Origin: Euryarchaeota archaeon RBG_13_57_23
GTDB lineage: Archaea; Thermoplasmatota; Thermoplasmata; UBA10834
Reading direction: 5' to 3'
DNA length: 39,570 nucleotides
NCBI GenBank assembly: GCA_001800675.1
Contig: MGVW01000022.1
Coordinates: forward strand, 5,130 to 44,699
The notes below the pieces were generated by a model. That model did not search any database. It was not told where the DNA came from and saw only the letters and a program-made list of their open reading frames with translations. Position numbers and translations under genes: made by a program. Below are positions 25,508-34,459 of this stretch, one piece after another. Every line of letters begins with the position of its first letter. The stretch's first letter is position 1.

Positions 25508-25873
25508 TCACGAGGCAGTCGTCGCAGCCCTGACGGCCTCGAGAAGCCTCTCCACCTGGAACGGCTTTGCGACGAAATCCACCGCCCCGGCCCTCATCGC
25601 TTCCTTTCTGAGCGCCTCTTTGACCAGGGCGCTGACCACTATGATCTTCGCCCTCGGGTCGATCTCGATGATTTTCATGATGGCAGAAAGGCCGTCCATC
25701 CCTGGCATCAGGATGTCCATGAGGACAACGTCCGGCTTGAGCGCCTTGAATTTCTCAATGGCCTCGAGACCATTCGCAGCCTCACCGGCTATCTCGTGGT
25801 CGTGGGATTCGAGTATGTCTCTGATCATCTCCCTTATAAAGGGCGCATCTTCGACTATGAGGACTTTTGACAT
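25508..25873 (-). CDS. Stand-alone response regulator receiver (CheY-like)
   Basis: VLIVED, phospho-acceptor Asp in LMDILMP, VSA, KPF. Confidence 0.92.
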   Translation of the reverse strand: MSKVLIVEDAPFIREMIRDILESHDHEIAGEAANGLEAIEKFKALKPDVVLMDILMPGMDGLSAIMKIIEIDPRAKIIVVSALVKEALRKEAMRAGAVDFVAKPFQVERLLEAVRAATTAS

Positions 25874-26186
25874 CGATTCCAACCCGATTTTTCACTGCTG
25901 TTGGTAAAGACGAACTCAATCATATATAAGTTGGCTAGCGTGATTATCGAATGCGATAACGTGAGCGAAATCGCTCATGAACTCACGCAAATCCTGCCTT
26001 CTCATCGGTACAGCCGACTTCGTTGCCGATGCGTGCAGCCAATGTAGATGATTGCTCGTACTGAATGCCGTAGGCATTCTCGTCTGACGATTTCAGATGC
26101 AAGAATCTGCCATACCAGCAACTCACAAGAAATAAATAGCACCAAGTGCATATGTGCTTCCGTCCGACACTCGTCGGACCGAAGGG

Positions 26187-27404
26187 ATGGGCATGGTATT
26201 CGGCTTCAGCAGAAAGGATGCTCGCGAAAACGAAGACCCCAGGAGTCAGAAGAGGGTTCCATACAGATTGGCGTCCTATGAACACGATGTCGAGGGCAAG
26301 CGATTCAAGGCAAGCAACGTCGTATATAGTTTCTGGAGCGCCTCCAAGTACGTCCTTGTTCTCTCGCTGATGCTGTGGTGGCTGCCCATGTTCGGGCAGA
26401 TGATCGCAGGGTACGTTGGTGGGCGCAGAGCGGGTGGCCCTTGGAAGGGTGTTGTGGCCTCCATCATTCCGGTTGTCGCAATCTGGGGTGTCATGACGGG
26501 CTTCGAAACGGGTTTGCTTCCTTCGCACATGTTCGGGGTCGCGATCGCCCCTGCCGCCATCGGTGCTGCTATCAATTCCGATATCCCCTTGCTCGCTCCA
26601 TATTTCCAATTCTCATCTGAGTACGTCGGTGGGTTCGTCGAGGGTCTCGCTGGCGCGAGCCCCTACGGTATCAACTACTACGTGCTGACTGTCGCATTCG
26701 CGTATGTCGGCGGCGTTCTAGCCGCGCAGAACAGACGCGAAATCGAGTTCACATCGGGCGCCGTGATGAACACGACCACGGTCCTCGTGCACGATCCTTC
26801 GGGATATCAGCAGGGCGTGGTTGAGCAGGGAGCCCCGCACGGACTGCTCAGCGGAGTCGGAGCGTTCTTCCATCTACCAGGCGGTCATGGCGACAGACAC
26901 TCGGGAACAGCTGCACGGTACTCCGCCCACAGACACAGCAGCCCATGGGGACGCGCGGCGGAGATGCACTACGAGGACGTCGACTACGGTCCGCGCGACC
27001 CTTACATGCTTCCCCCGGGTGATTTCGATGACAGCCGATCGGGCGGAATGATGTCATCTCGCCCGACGCGCGTGCGCAAGCAGAAGAGGAGGGGCGCGCA
27101 GAACTTCAGCTCGAAGCCTCGGTTCAACTACCAGCAGTACTCCTACTCCCAGAGACAGGATCCAGGATACAAGGGCGGCATCATCCGCAGGAACAAGGGA
27201 CCCAGCAGGTTCACCGTATCACCTGATGCGCACTCGATAAAGCGCGCGCAGAAAATCATCGACAATGAGTGGCGCGGAGGGCACAAGAGTCACGGCCCGT
27301 CGAGGTTCGCCGAGGATTTCGATGATGCGGAAGAATCAGAATCCGTTGCGGTCGAAGCGCCGAGAAGGAAGGAGCCGCACAACGGCCAGTGGGACTCGAT
27401 CTGA
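26187..27404 (+). CDS. Membrane protein with long low-complexity C-terminal tail
   Basis: TM region LWWLPMFGQMIAGYVGGRRAG. The C-terminal ~200 aa are rich in G/R/S/D/Y/Q/H. Confidence 0.7.
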   Translation: MGMVFGFSRKDARENEDPRSQKRVPYRLASYEHDVEGKRFKASNVVYSFWSASKYVLVLSLMLWWLPMFGQMIAGYVGGRRAGGPWKGVVASIIPVVAIWGVMTGFETGLLPSHMFGVAIAPAAIGAAINSDIPLLAPYFQFSSEYVGGFVEGLAGASPYGINYYVLTVAFAYVGGVLAAQNRREIEFTSGAVMNTTTVLVHDPSGYQQGVVEQGAPHGLLSGVGAFFHLPGGHGDRHSGTAARYSAHRHSSPWGRAAEMHYEDVDYGPRDPYMLPPGDFDDSRSGGMMSSRPTRVRKQKRRGAQNFSSKPRFNYQQYSYSQRQDPGYKGGIIRRNKGPSRFTVSPDAHSIKRAQKIIDNEWRGGHKSHGPSRFAEDFDDAEESESVAVEAPRRKEPHNGQWDSI

Positions 27405-27490
27405 GCCTAGTGGATGTCAGACCCGAACCTTTTTATTGTCTGACTGCTTCGCTCGCCTCCAGCACATGGTGGGAGCGGAGCGGTCTACTC

Positions 27491-27790
27491 ATGTTCTGTG
27501 AGAAGTGCAAGAGTCTGCTTTTCCCTCAGGATGGGAAGCTAATCTGTAGGAAGTGTGGAACGGTTCACGAGCCGGCCTCCAAGGCGCAAGTGATCAAGCA
27601 CAAGGGCAAGGACAAAGAGCTGGCCGTGCTCGGGGAGCTGTCCGGCACGCTGCCAACGGCCGATGCGGAGTGCCCCTCCTGTGGCCACAACAAGGCCTAT
27701 TGGGTATTGAGGCAGACCAGAGCGGCCGATGAGCCCGAGACGCGCATATTCAGGTGCGTGAAATGTGGGCACTCGTGGCGCGAGTACTAA
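27491..27790 (+). CDS. tfs: Transcription factor S (TFS)
   Basis: Two zinc ribbons and QTRAADEPETR with the catalytic DE pair. Confidence 0.93.
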   Translation: MFCEKCKSLLFPQDGKLICRKCGTVHEPASKAQVIKHKGKDKELAVLGELSGTLPTADAECPSCGHNKAYWVLRQTRAADEPETRIFRCVKCGHSWREY

Positions 27791-27856
27791 CGCTGGATGC
27801 ATGCACAGCTTTTTTAAATGCTGAAAGGTTACAGGTAAGGTACGGAAGGGGGGCTA

Positions 27857-28597
27857 ATGTTTCAGGCGAAAGCCAGAGCTGACACCTTGAAAGAAGTTGT
27901 GAACGTCATCTCCACGCTGGTGGACGAGGCGAAATTCACCTTGAACGCCGAGGGCCTGACAATCAGGGCCGTCGATCCCGCGCACATCGCAATGGTCGAC
28001 CTCAAGCTCGGAAAGGAGGCCTTTGAGGAGTTCAAGGCCGATGAGAGTGAGATTGGGCTTGACATAGACAAACTCAACCAGTTCCTGAAACTCGCACGCG
28101 CGGATGACATCGTCGAGATCAAGCACGACGAGGACAAAAGGCGCTTGAACATAGTCGTCGGGGATATCACACGGCGGATGAGCTTGATCGACACGACTGG
28201 GATGAGCGACCCGAAGGTGCCCAGCCTGAACCTGCCAGCGAAGTTGACGGTCAAGGTCGATGACCTGGTCCAGGGCATCAAGGCGAGCGAGACGGTCTCC
28301 GACCACATAGCTCTCGTGGCGAGTCAAGAGAGTTTCGAGATGACCTGCGAGGGCGATCTCGATCAGGTCAGCTGGAAGAAGTCAAAGAAGGACCTCGAGG
28401 AGCTCGACACGCCCAGCAGCGTCAGGAGCCTTTTCCCGCTCGAGTATTTCGCGAACATGCTCAAGGCGGTTTCATCTGGCAGCAGCGTGACCATGTTCCT
28501 GGGCAACGACTATCCGGTCAAGGTCGAGTTCAAGATAGCGGGCGGCAAGGGAGAGGTCAGCTACCTGCTGGCACCGAGGATCGAGAGCGGTGACTGA
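27857..28597 (+). CDS. pcn: DNA polymerase sliding clamp PCNA
   Basis: AVDPAHIAMV, C-terminal YLLAPRIE, 246 aa. Confidence 0.95.
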   Translation: MFQAKARADTLKEVVNVISTLVDEAKFTLNAEGLTIRAVDPAHIAMVDLKLGKEAFEEFKADESEIGLDIDKLNQFLKLARADDIVEIKHDEDKRRLNIVVGDITRRMSLIDTTGMSDPKVPSLNLPAKLTVKVDDLVQGIKASETVSDHIALVASQESFEMTCEGDLDQVSWKKSKKDLEELDTPSSVRSLFPLEYFANMLKAVSSGSSVTMFLGNDYPVKVEFKIAGGKGEVSYLLAPRIESGD

Positions 28598-28669
28598 GCA
28601 GATGCCAAAACCCTGTAAACCATTTTCTTCTTCTTGCGTTCAAGGCTGAGGGCAACCAGTGTGAGTTCC

Positions 28670-29296
28670 ATGCGGAGGATAAGGATAGGGGTCTTGGCCT
28701 CGGGTGGTGGGACCAATCTGCAGGCGATAATCGACGCCTGCGACCGCGGGGAGATCGACGGGGACGTCGTTGTTGTCATCTCGAATGTGCCCGAAGCTTT
28801 CGCCCTTGAACGCGCCCGGAAGCACAGGATCGCAGCGTTCGCGTTCCCACATAAGGGCATTTTGAGAGAGCAGCACGAGCAGGAGATCATTGACTGTCTA
28901 GAGCAGCACAAGGTCGACCTCGTCTGCCTTGCAGGGTACCTGCGCATGATGACTCCTCTGATCATCAGAAAGTACGCGGGCAGGATGATGAACACGCACC
29001 CGGCGCTGCTCCCATCTTTTGGAGGATCTGGCATGCACGGGCTCAATGTCCACCAGGCTGTCATCTCTTACGGATGCAAGGTCTCTGGTTGCACCATACA
29101 TTTCGTGACCGAGGAGGTCGACGGAGGCCAGATAATCCTTCAGAAGTCCGTGCCTGTGCTGGAGGACGACACGCCTGAGACCCTCCAAGAGCGAGTGCTC
29201 AAGGAGGAGCACAAGCTGTTCCCGCGGGCGATCGAGCTCTTCGCCAGAGGTAAGCTGAAGGTCGAGGGCCGCAGGTGCAGGATACTGGAGACATGA
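28670..29296 (+). CDS. purN: Phosphoribosylglycinamide formyltransferase
   Basis: ASGGGTNLQA, LAGYLR, NTHPALLPSF, SGCTIHFV…VDGG, EH. Confidence 0.93.
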   Translation: MRRIRIGVLASGGGTNLQAIIDACDRGEIDGDVVVVISNVPEAFALERARKHRIAAFAFPHKGILREQHEQEIIDCLEQHKVDLVCLAGYLRMMTPLIIRKYAGRMMNTHPALLPSFGGSGMHGLNVHQAVISYGCKVSGCTIHFVTEEVDGGQIILQKSVPVLEDDTPETLQERVLKEEHKLFPRAIELFARGKLKVEGRRCRILET

Positions 29297-29374
29297 GCGG
29301 CTTGAGCGCGCGAATACTTTAAGGCAGGCACACGGGATATCCCGAATGCAGACAACTGAACCAGGGGGGCGGAC

Positions 29375-30214
29375 TTGGAAGTCTACGATGGCGAGTTCGT
29401 TGCAGAACTCGAGGCGATTGCCAAGCGCATCAGGCGTCACTGCATCAAGATGATCTACGAGGCGGGGTCCGGTCACCCCGGAGGCTCGTTGTCCGCTGCG
29501 GACATCCTCGCAGCTCTATATTTTCATATAATGCGTCACGACCCGAAGCGTCCGGATTGGCCGGATCGCGACAGGTTCGTCATGAGCAAGGGCCATGCGG
29601 CCCCGGCGCTGTACGCAGTTCTGGCAGAGGCAGGGTACTTCCCCTTGGAGGAACTGAGCTCGCTGAGGAAGCTTGGGAGCAGGCTCCAGGGACATCCGTG
29701 CATGCGGAAGACCCCTGGCGTCGAGATGTCCACTGGTTCGCTCGGGCACGGGCTCGCAGCTGGAAACGGGATGGCCCTTGCTGCGAAGCTGGATCGCAAG
29801 CTGTACAGGATCTATGTGCTCTGCGGAGACGGCGAGATGGACGTCGGCGAGACCTGGGAGGCTGCGATGTTGGCAGCGCACTACAAGCTGGACAACGTCA
29901 CGGTCTACGTCGACAGGAACAAGCTGCAGCTGGATGGCCCAACGGAGAACATCATGTCCTTGGAGCCGCTCTCCGACAAGTGGAAGGCGTTTGGATGGCA
30001 CGTGATCGAGATCAACGGCCACAACATGAAGGAGATAATCCATGCGACCAACGAGGCTAGAGGGGTCAAGGGGAGGCCCACGGTCATCATAGCGCACACG
30101 ATTAAGGGAAAGGGCGTCAGCTACATGGAGGGCGCGCTTCACTTCCACGGCAAGGCCCCGACCAAACAGGAGTACGAGATTGCAATGAAGGAGCTCGGGG
30201 GTGACAAGCCGTGA
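29375..30214 (+). CDS. Transketolase, N-terminal subunit
   Basis: SGHPGGSLS, SKGHAAP, STGSLGHG, ThDP motif GDGE…N. Confidence 0.93.
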   Translation: MEVYDGEFVAELEAIAKRIRRHCIKMIYEAGSGHPGGSLSAADILAALYFHIMRHDPKRPDWPDRDRFVMSKGHAAPALYAVLAEAGYFPLEELSSLRKLGSRLQGHPCMRKTPGVEMSTGSLGHGLAAGNGMALAAKLDRKLYRIYVLCGDGEMDVGETWEAAMLAAHYKLDNVTVYVDRNKLQLDGPTENIMSLEPLSDKWKAFGWHVIEINGHNMKEIIHATNEARGVKGRPTVIIAHTIKGKGVSYMEGALHFHGKAPTKQEYEIAMKELGGDKP

Positions 30215-31155
30215 AGTGGAAGGAGGAGAGCCAGAGGAAGCAATATGGGCGCGCGCTCGTCGAGCTCGGCAAGGAGAGGAGCGACATAGTGGTGCTCGAC
30301 GCGGATCTGTCGAGCTCCACAAGGACCGCGGACTTCGCCGCCGCCTTCCCGGAGCGGTTCTTCAACTGCGGGATAGCAGAGCAGAACATGATGGACACGG
30401 CTGCGGGGCTCGCAGCGTCTGGAAAGACGGTCTTCGTGTCGACCTTCGCGGTCTTCGGGACCGGCCGATGCTACGACCAGATACGGCAATCAATTGCATA
30501 TCCGAATCTCAATGTCAAGATAGTCGTCTCCCACGCCGGAATAACTGTCGGCGGGGATGGCGCCTCTCACCAGATAGTGGAAGACATCGCGCTGATGCGC
30601 GTGCTGCCAAACATGACGGTGATAGTTCCCGCGGATGCGGTCGAGACCTACAAGGTGGTGAAGCAAATCGCCAAGATGAAGGGCCCGGTCTATGTCAGGA
30701 TCGGAAGGTCCGACGTCCCGACCATATCGGACCAGGCTTCTGAGTTCGAGCTGGCAAAGGCGCCTGTCGTCAGAGATGGAAAGGACGTGACGCTCATCGG
30801 GTGTGGCATCATGGTGTCGAAGTGCCTCGAGGCCGCTGATGAGTTGACCAAGCACGGCATAGACGCGCGCGTAGTCAACCTGCATACGATCAAGCCGATT
30901 GATGAGAAGACGATTGTGAAGGCTGCTCGAGAGACCGGAGGGGTGGTCACGGCCGAGGAGCACTCTGTCATGATGGGTATGGGCAGCGCGGTTGCGATGG
31001 TGCTTGTCGAGAACTTCCACGTGCCGATGAAGCGGGTGGGCATTCCGGATGTGTTCGGAGAATCAGGCGCCTGCGACGAGCTCATGAGCAAGTATGGACT
31101 CACGGCCGATAACATCGTAGAGGCCGCGCACGATGTGCTGAAGAGGAAGAAATGA
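30211..31155 (+). CDS. Transketolase, C-terminal subunit
   Basis: DADL, GIAEQN, DGASHQ, TIKP, EEH. Confidence 0.93.
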   Translation: MKWKEESQRKQYGRALVELGKERSDIVVLDADLSSSTRTADFAAAFPERFFNCGIAEQNMMDTAAGLAASGKTVFVSTFAVFGTGRCYDQIRQSIAYPNLNVKIVVSHAGITVGGDGASHQIVEDIALMRVLPNMTVIVPADAVETYKVVKQIAKMKGPVYVRIGRSDVPTISDQASEFELAKAPVVRDGKDVTLIGCGIMVSKCLEAADELTKHGIDARVVNLHTIKPIDEKTIVKAARETGGVVTAEEHSVMMGMGSAVAMVLVENFHVPMKRVGIPDVFGESGACDELMSKYGLTADNIVEAAHDVLKRKK

Positions 31156-31164
31156 GGTGTGTCG

Positions 31165-31815
31165 ATGAAGATCTTCATAGATACGGCGAACCTTGAGCAG
31201 ATCAAGGAGATCAACAGCTGGGGAATCCTGGACGGCGTCACCACGAACCCGACGCTCGTCGCGAAAGAGGGCTGCGACTTCGAGCGCAGGATTGAGGACA
31301 TATGCAAGATCGTCGACGGGCCGATAAGCGCGGAGGCGGTCTCCATGGATTCCGAGGGCATGATTCGGGAGGCCAGGGAGCTCTCGAAGATGCACAAGAA
31401 CGTCGTGGTGAAGATACCGATGACGGCCGAGGGGCTGAAGGCCGTCAAAGTGCTCTCAGGCGAGGGCGTCAAGACCAACGTCACGCTCGTGTTCTCTCCG
31501 AATCAGGCGCTCCTCGCGGCAAAGGCTGGTGCAACATACGTCTCGCCCTTCGTCGGCCGGCTGGATGACATCAGCCATGACGGCATGGACATCGTCCGAG
31601 ACATCATCACGATCTTGAAGAACTACGGCTTCAAGACGCAGATCATCGTCGCCAGTATCAGACATCCGGTGCATGTGACAGAGGCCGCGCTTGCGGGGGC
31701 GCACGTAGCCACCGTTCCGTACGATGTGCTGAAGAAGATGCTGAGGCACAACTTGACGGACGAGGGGATCAAGAAGTTCTTGGCCGACTGGGAGAAGATT
31801 CCCAAGAGGAAATGA
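31165..31815 (+). CDS. tal: Transaldolase (TalC/FSA family)
   Basis: FIDTAN, GVTTNP, Schiff-base VKIP, SPFVGR, ASIR. Co-operonic with transketolase. Confidence 0.9.
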   Translation: MKIFIDTANLEQIKEINSWGILDGVTTNPTLVAKEGCDFERRIEDICKIVDGPISAEAVSMDSEGMIREARELSKMHKNVVVKIPMTAEGLKAVKVLSGEGVKTNVTLVFSPNQALLAAKAGATYVSPFVGRLDDISHDGMDIVRDIITILKNYGFKTQIIVASIRHPVHVTEAALAGAHVATVPYDVLKKMLRHNLTDEGIKKFLADWEKIPKRK

Positions 31816-31819
31816 TCGG

Positions 31820-32332
31820 TCAGTTGATGTAGTTCGACGTGCTCGACTTGTCAAAGCCCTTGACCAGTTCTAACTGGTAGTCCTCGGAAGGCTGCCATCC
31901 ATAGTATGGGTACACTAGTTTGGGGACGAACCTGGAGAGGTCCGCCGCCAGCTGCGTGACTGGGTGGTCCTTCCCGAATGTCATCGTGCTTATCTCGTAG
32001 GCCTTCTGTCGGGTTGCTGCCTCGTCGATGATCCCGAGCGTGTGCAAGTACTCGTGCAGCAGGATGTGGAATACGTACGGCTTGTAGAGTGCTGGATCCG
32101 TCTCTTTCACGCGTTTCAGCGGGAGACTGTTCATGACGATTATGTTCGTAGCGATTGGATAGAACGCTCCCACGAAACCCTGAGGTCCTCCTCCAAGGTT
32201 CGCCAATCCCAGCATCAGGCCAGCTCTCTCTTTGCCTGTGCTCTTGCGAACTGCAACCTTCACAAGTTCGAATATGTCTGGCAAGTCCTTGGCGGACTGC
32301 AATCTCGAGTCGAATCCTGACTCGCTGTTCAT
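31820..32332 (-). CDS. Hypothetical protein with HExxH (zincin-like) motif
   Basis: FHILLHEYLHTLG. ATG 32332. Confidence 0.7.
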   Translation of the reverse strand: MNSESGFDSRLQSAKDLPDIFELVKVAVRKSTGKERAGLMLGLANLGGGPQGFVGAFYPIATNIIVMNSLPLKRVKETDPALYKPYVFHILLHEYLHTLGIIDEAATRQKAYEISTMTFGKDHPVTQLAADLSRFVPKLVYPYYGWQPSEDYQLELVKGFDKSSTSNYIN

Positions 32333-32444
32333 GGTATCCAATAGGATCGAGGGGCGATTTATCATAATCGCCAGACACATGGAAGCCTAAAGATGTCGTT
32401 CCTTTCAGCAATCCTGAAATAACTGCGAACCCTCTCACGCGTTC

Positions 32445-33602
32445 GTGCATACGGATGCAGTGGTTGTAGGCGGGGGTCCGGCTGGGTCCACAGCTGCTCG
32501 CGTGCTGGCAAGAGAGCATCGAGTAACCATAGTCGAAGAACACGCTTCTCCCGGGGTACCCCTCCAGTGTGCTGGTTTGGTCACTCAACGGGGAGTCCCG
32601 ATGTTCGCGCGAGCAAGTGTCCTCGGCGAGGTGAAAGGCCTCAGGATACACTCCCCTCTTGGATTCACCTTGGAGCTGGAGGCCCGTTCCTCGCGCGCGT
32701 ACGTCATAGATAGGCCCATGTTCGACAGAATCATGTTCCACAAGGCCGTCGATTCCGGGGCGATTCCTCAACTGGGGACGTCCGTGCGTGGTATCTCTCA
32801 GTCCTCGGGGGCGGTGCGAGTCCAAGTCAGATCAGGAGGCTCCCTGAGATCATTATCGTGCTCGTGTGTCATAGGTGCGGACGGTTACAAGTCGGTGTGC
32901 AGGAAGGAGGCTAAGCTTCCGCCCCCGAAGCATATGTTGACTGGTATCCAGGCGGACCTGAAAGGTGCGAATATCGAAAAGGAATTCGTTGAGGTCTATC
33001 TCGGTCACGCTGTCGCCCCCGGATTCTTCGCTTGGGTGATCCCCGCAGGTGACGTGGCCCGGGTCGGCCTTTGCACTTGGGATGCAAACGACCTGCCAGC
33101 TAGCTACCTCAGAAAATTCCTGGCCCGTCCGGAGTTCAAGGGCGCGAGGAACGTCTCAACTACGTCTGGCAGGATTCCCATAGGTCCCGGCCGCTCGGCT
33201 GTCGGGGGCAGGATCATGCTTGTCGGGGATGCGGCGTGCCACGCCAAACCGCTCTCCGGAGGCGGGGTCTATACCGGAGTTCGCGGTGCGGAGCTGTGCG
33301 CTGAGGTAGCGGATGTGTTTCTCGAAACACACTCGAAATCAGCGCTACTCGAGTACGACAGGTTATGGAAGGATGAGTTCGGGAAGGAGTTGTCAAGAGC
33401 ATTCAGGATTCGGAGGATATTCCTCAATCTGACTGACAAGAAGATCGACAAAGCGCTCAGGATATTTGCAGAGCCCGACGTGCGGAAGTTGCTGGAGCAA
33501 CATGGAGACATCGACTATCCCGCATCACTTGCCTCTTCGGTACTTCGCTTGGCTCCTAAACTCGCTCAGTTTTCCCCGCAGATAATAGAATCGCTTCTCT
33601 AG
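32445..33602 (+). CDS. Geranylgeranyl reductase family flavoprotein
   Basis: GGGPAGS, CAG, GADG, APGFFAWVIP, VGDAA…KPLSGGG. Confidence 0.88.
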   Translation: MHTDAVVVGGGPAGSTAARVLAREHRVTIVEEHASPGVPLQCAGLVTQRGVPMFARASVLGEVKGLRIHSPLGFTLELEARSSRAYVIDRPMFDRIMFHKAVDSGAIPQLGTSVRGISQSSGAVRVQVRSGGSLRSLSCSCVIGADGYKSVCRKEAKLPPPKHMLTGIQADLKGANIEKEFVEVYLGHAVAPGFFAWVIPAGDVARVGLCTWDANDLPASYLRKFLARPEFKGARNVSTTSGRIPIGPGRSAVGGRIMLVGDAACHAKPLSGGGVYTGVRGAELCAEVADVFLETHSKSALLEYDRLWKDEFGKELSRAFRIRRIFLNLTDKKIDKALRIFAEPDVRKLLEQHGDIDYPASLASSVLRLAPKLAQFSPQIIESLL

Positions 33603-34361
33603 CATGGGGTGCTTTCCAGGATTGTCCAGGACGTAGTAGTAGAGTCCCATGAAGCTGAAACTTCCGGCGGCTGCGATGATCACTGCCAGTGGCCAGCGGG
33701 GTATTGGCACTTTGATGCCGAAGGATGTGTCTGGAAGCAGGCCGTCGACGCCGAGGCTCCTCATGTAGGTCGTGTTTACGATGGCATCACCAGACTCCCA
33801 TGATACCATCGTGTTCCACTGTTCATCCGTGAACGATCCCCGGGACTTGAGGACAACGACCGAGGAGTTGCCTTCGAAATTGAAGCTCAGGTTGAATCTG
33901 ACGAAGTAGGTGGCCTGAGAGAAATACGATCCGTGAGGTGTCTTCTCCGAGACCCAGAACGGAAAGTCGGCCCATTCAGAGAATGTGTCATTGAGGTCGT
34001 CGGGCTCATCCGGTGGTATTCTGTCGAACAAGACTGTCCTCTCTGTCGATATCCCTGCTATGAGAGGAGGATTGGGGAAATCTTCTGTTATGTACTCATC
34101 GCGGTCCTGGGTCGCATACCGGTAAACCCCGATTGTCAAGCTGATGTTCACCATGTCCTGCGTGAGATTCGAGTACGGGTTCGTCAATGTGACATTTATT
34201 CGAACGTTGTCTGGAGGCACGATCGTCGAGGTGGTGGCAAAGTCCAACATTCTGTTGGCGTAATGAGGGCTTCCGGGATCAGGCACATCGACGGATGCGG
34301 CGCTCGTCGAGAGGAGCGTGACGCCACATATGAAAGCGACGGTAGCCAGCCAGGCCTTCAT
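33525..34361 (-). CDS. Hypothetical exported protein with C-terminal TM anchor
   Basis: Signal peptide, several N-x-S/T sequons, TM WPLAVIIAAAGSFSFMGLYYY, basic tail. Confidence 0.72.
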   Translation of the reverse strand: MKAWLATVAFICGVTLLSTSAASVDVPDPGSPHYANRMLDFATTSTIVPPDNVRINVTLTNPYSNLTQDMVNISLTIGVYRYATQDRDEYITEDFPNPPLIAGISTERTVLFDRIPPDEPDDLNDTFSEWADFPFWVSEKTPHGSYFSQATYFVRFNLSFNFEGNSSVVVLKSRGSFTDEQWNTMVSWESGDAIVNTTYMRSLGVDGLLPDTSFGIKVPIPRWPLAVIIAAAGSFSFMGLYYYVLDNPGKHPMLEKRFYYLRGKLSEFRSQAKYRRGK

Positions 34362-34459
34362 CTGGTCGGAGAAGCAACAGAGCGACTATATCACTTTCGG
34401 TCTCTGACTTCGACTCCGCCCGGAGAACTGTTAATACCGGCCAGTGCATTGAGAAGGAC

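Noticed and set aside
25890-26180. Possible ncRNA in the ~300-nt intergenic region (hairpin GAATGCC-GTA-GGCATTC)
   Set aside because: Only one short hairpin and no SRP, RNase P or sRNA motifs. Divergent promoters explain the region adequately.
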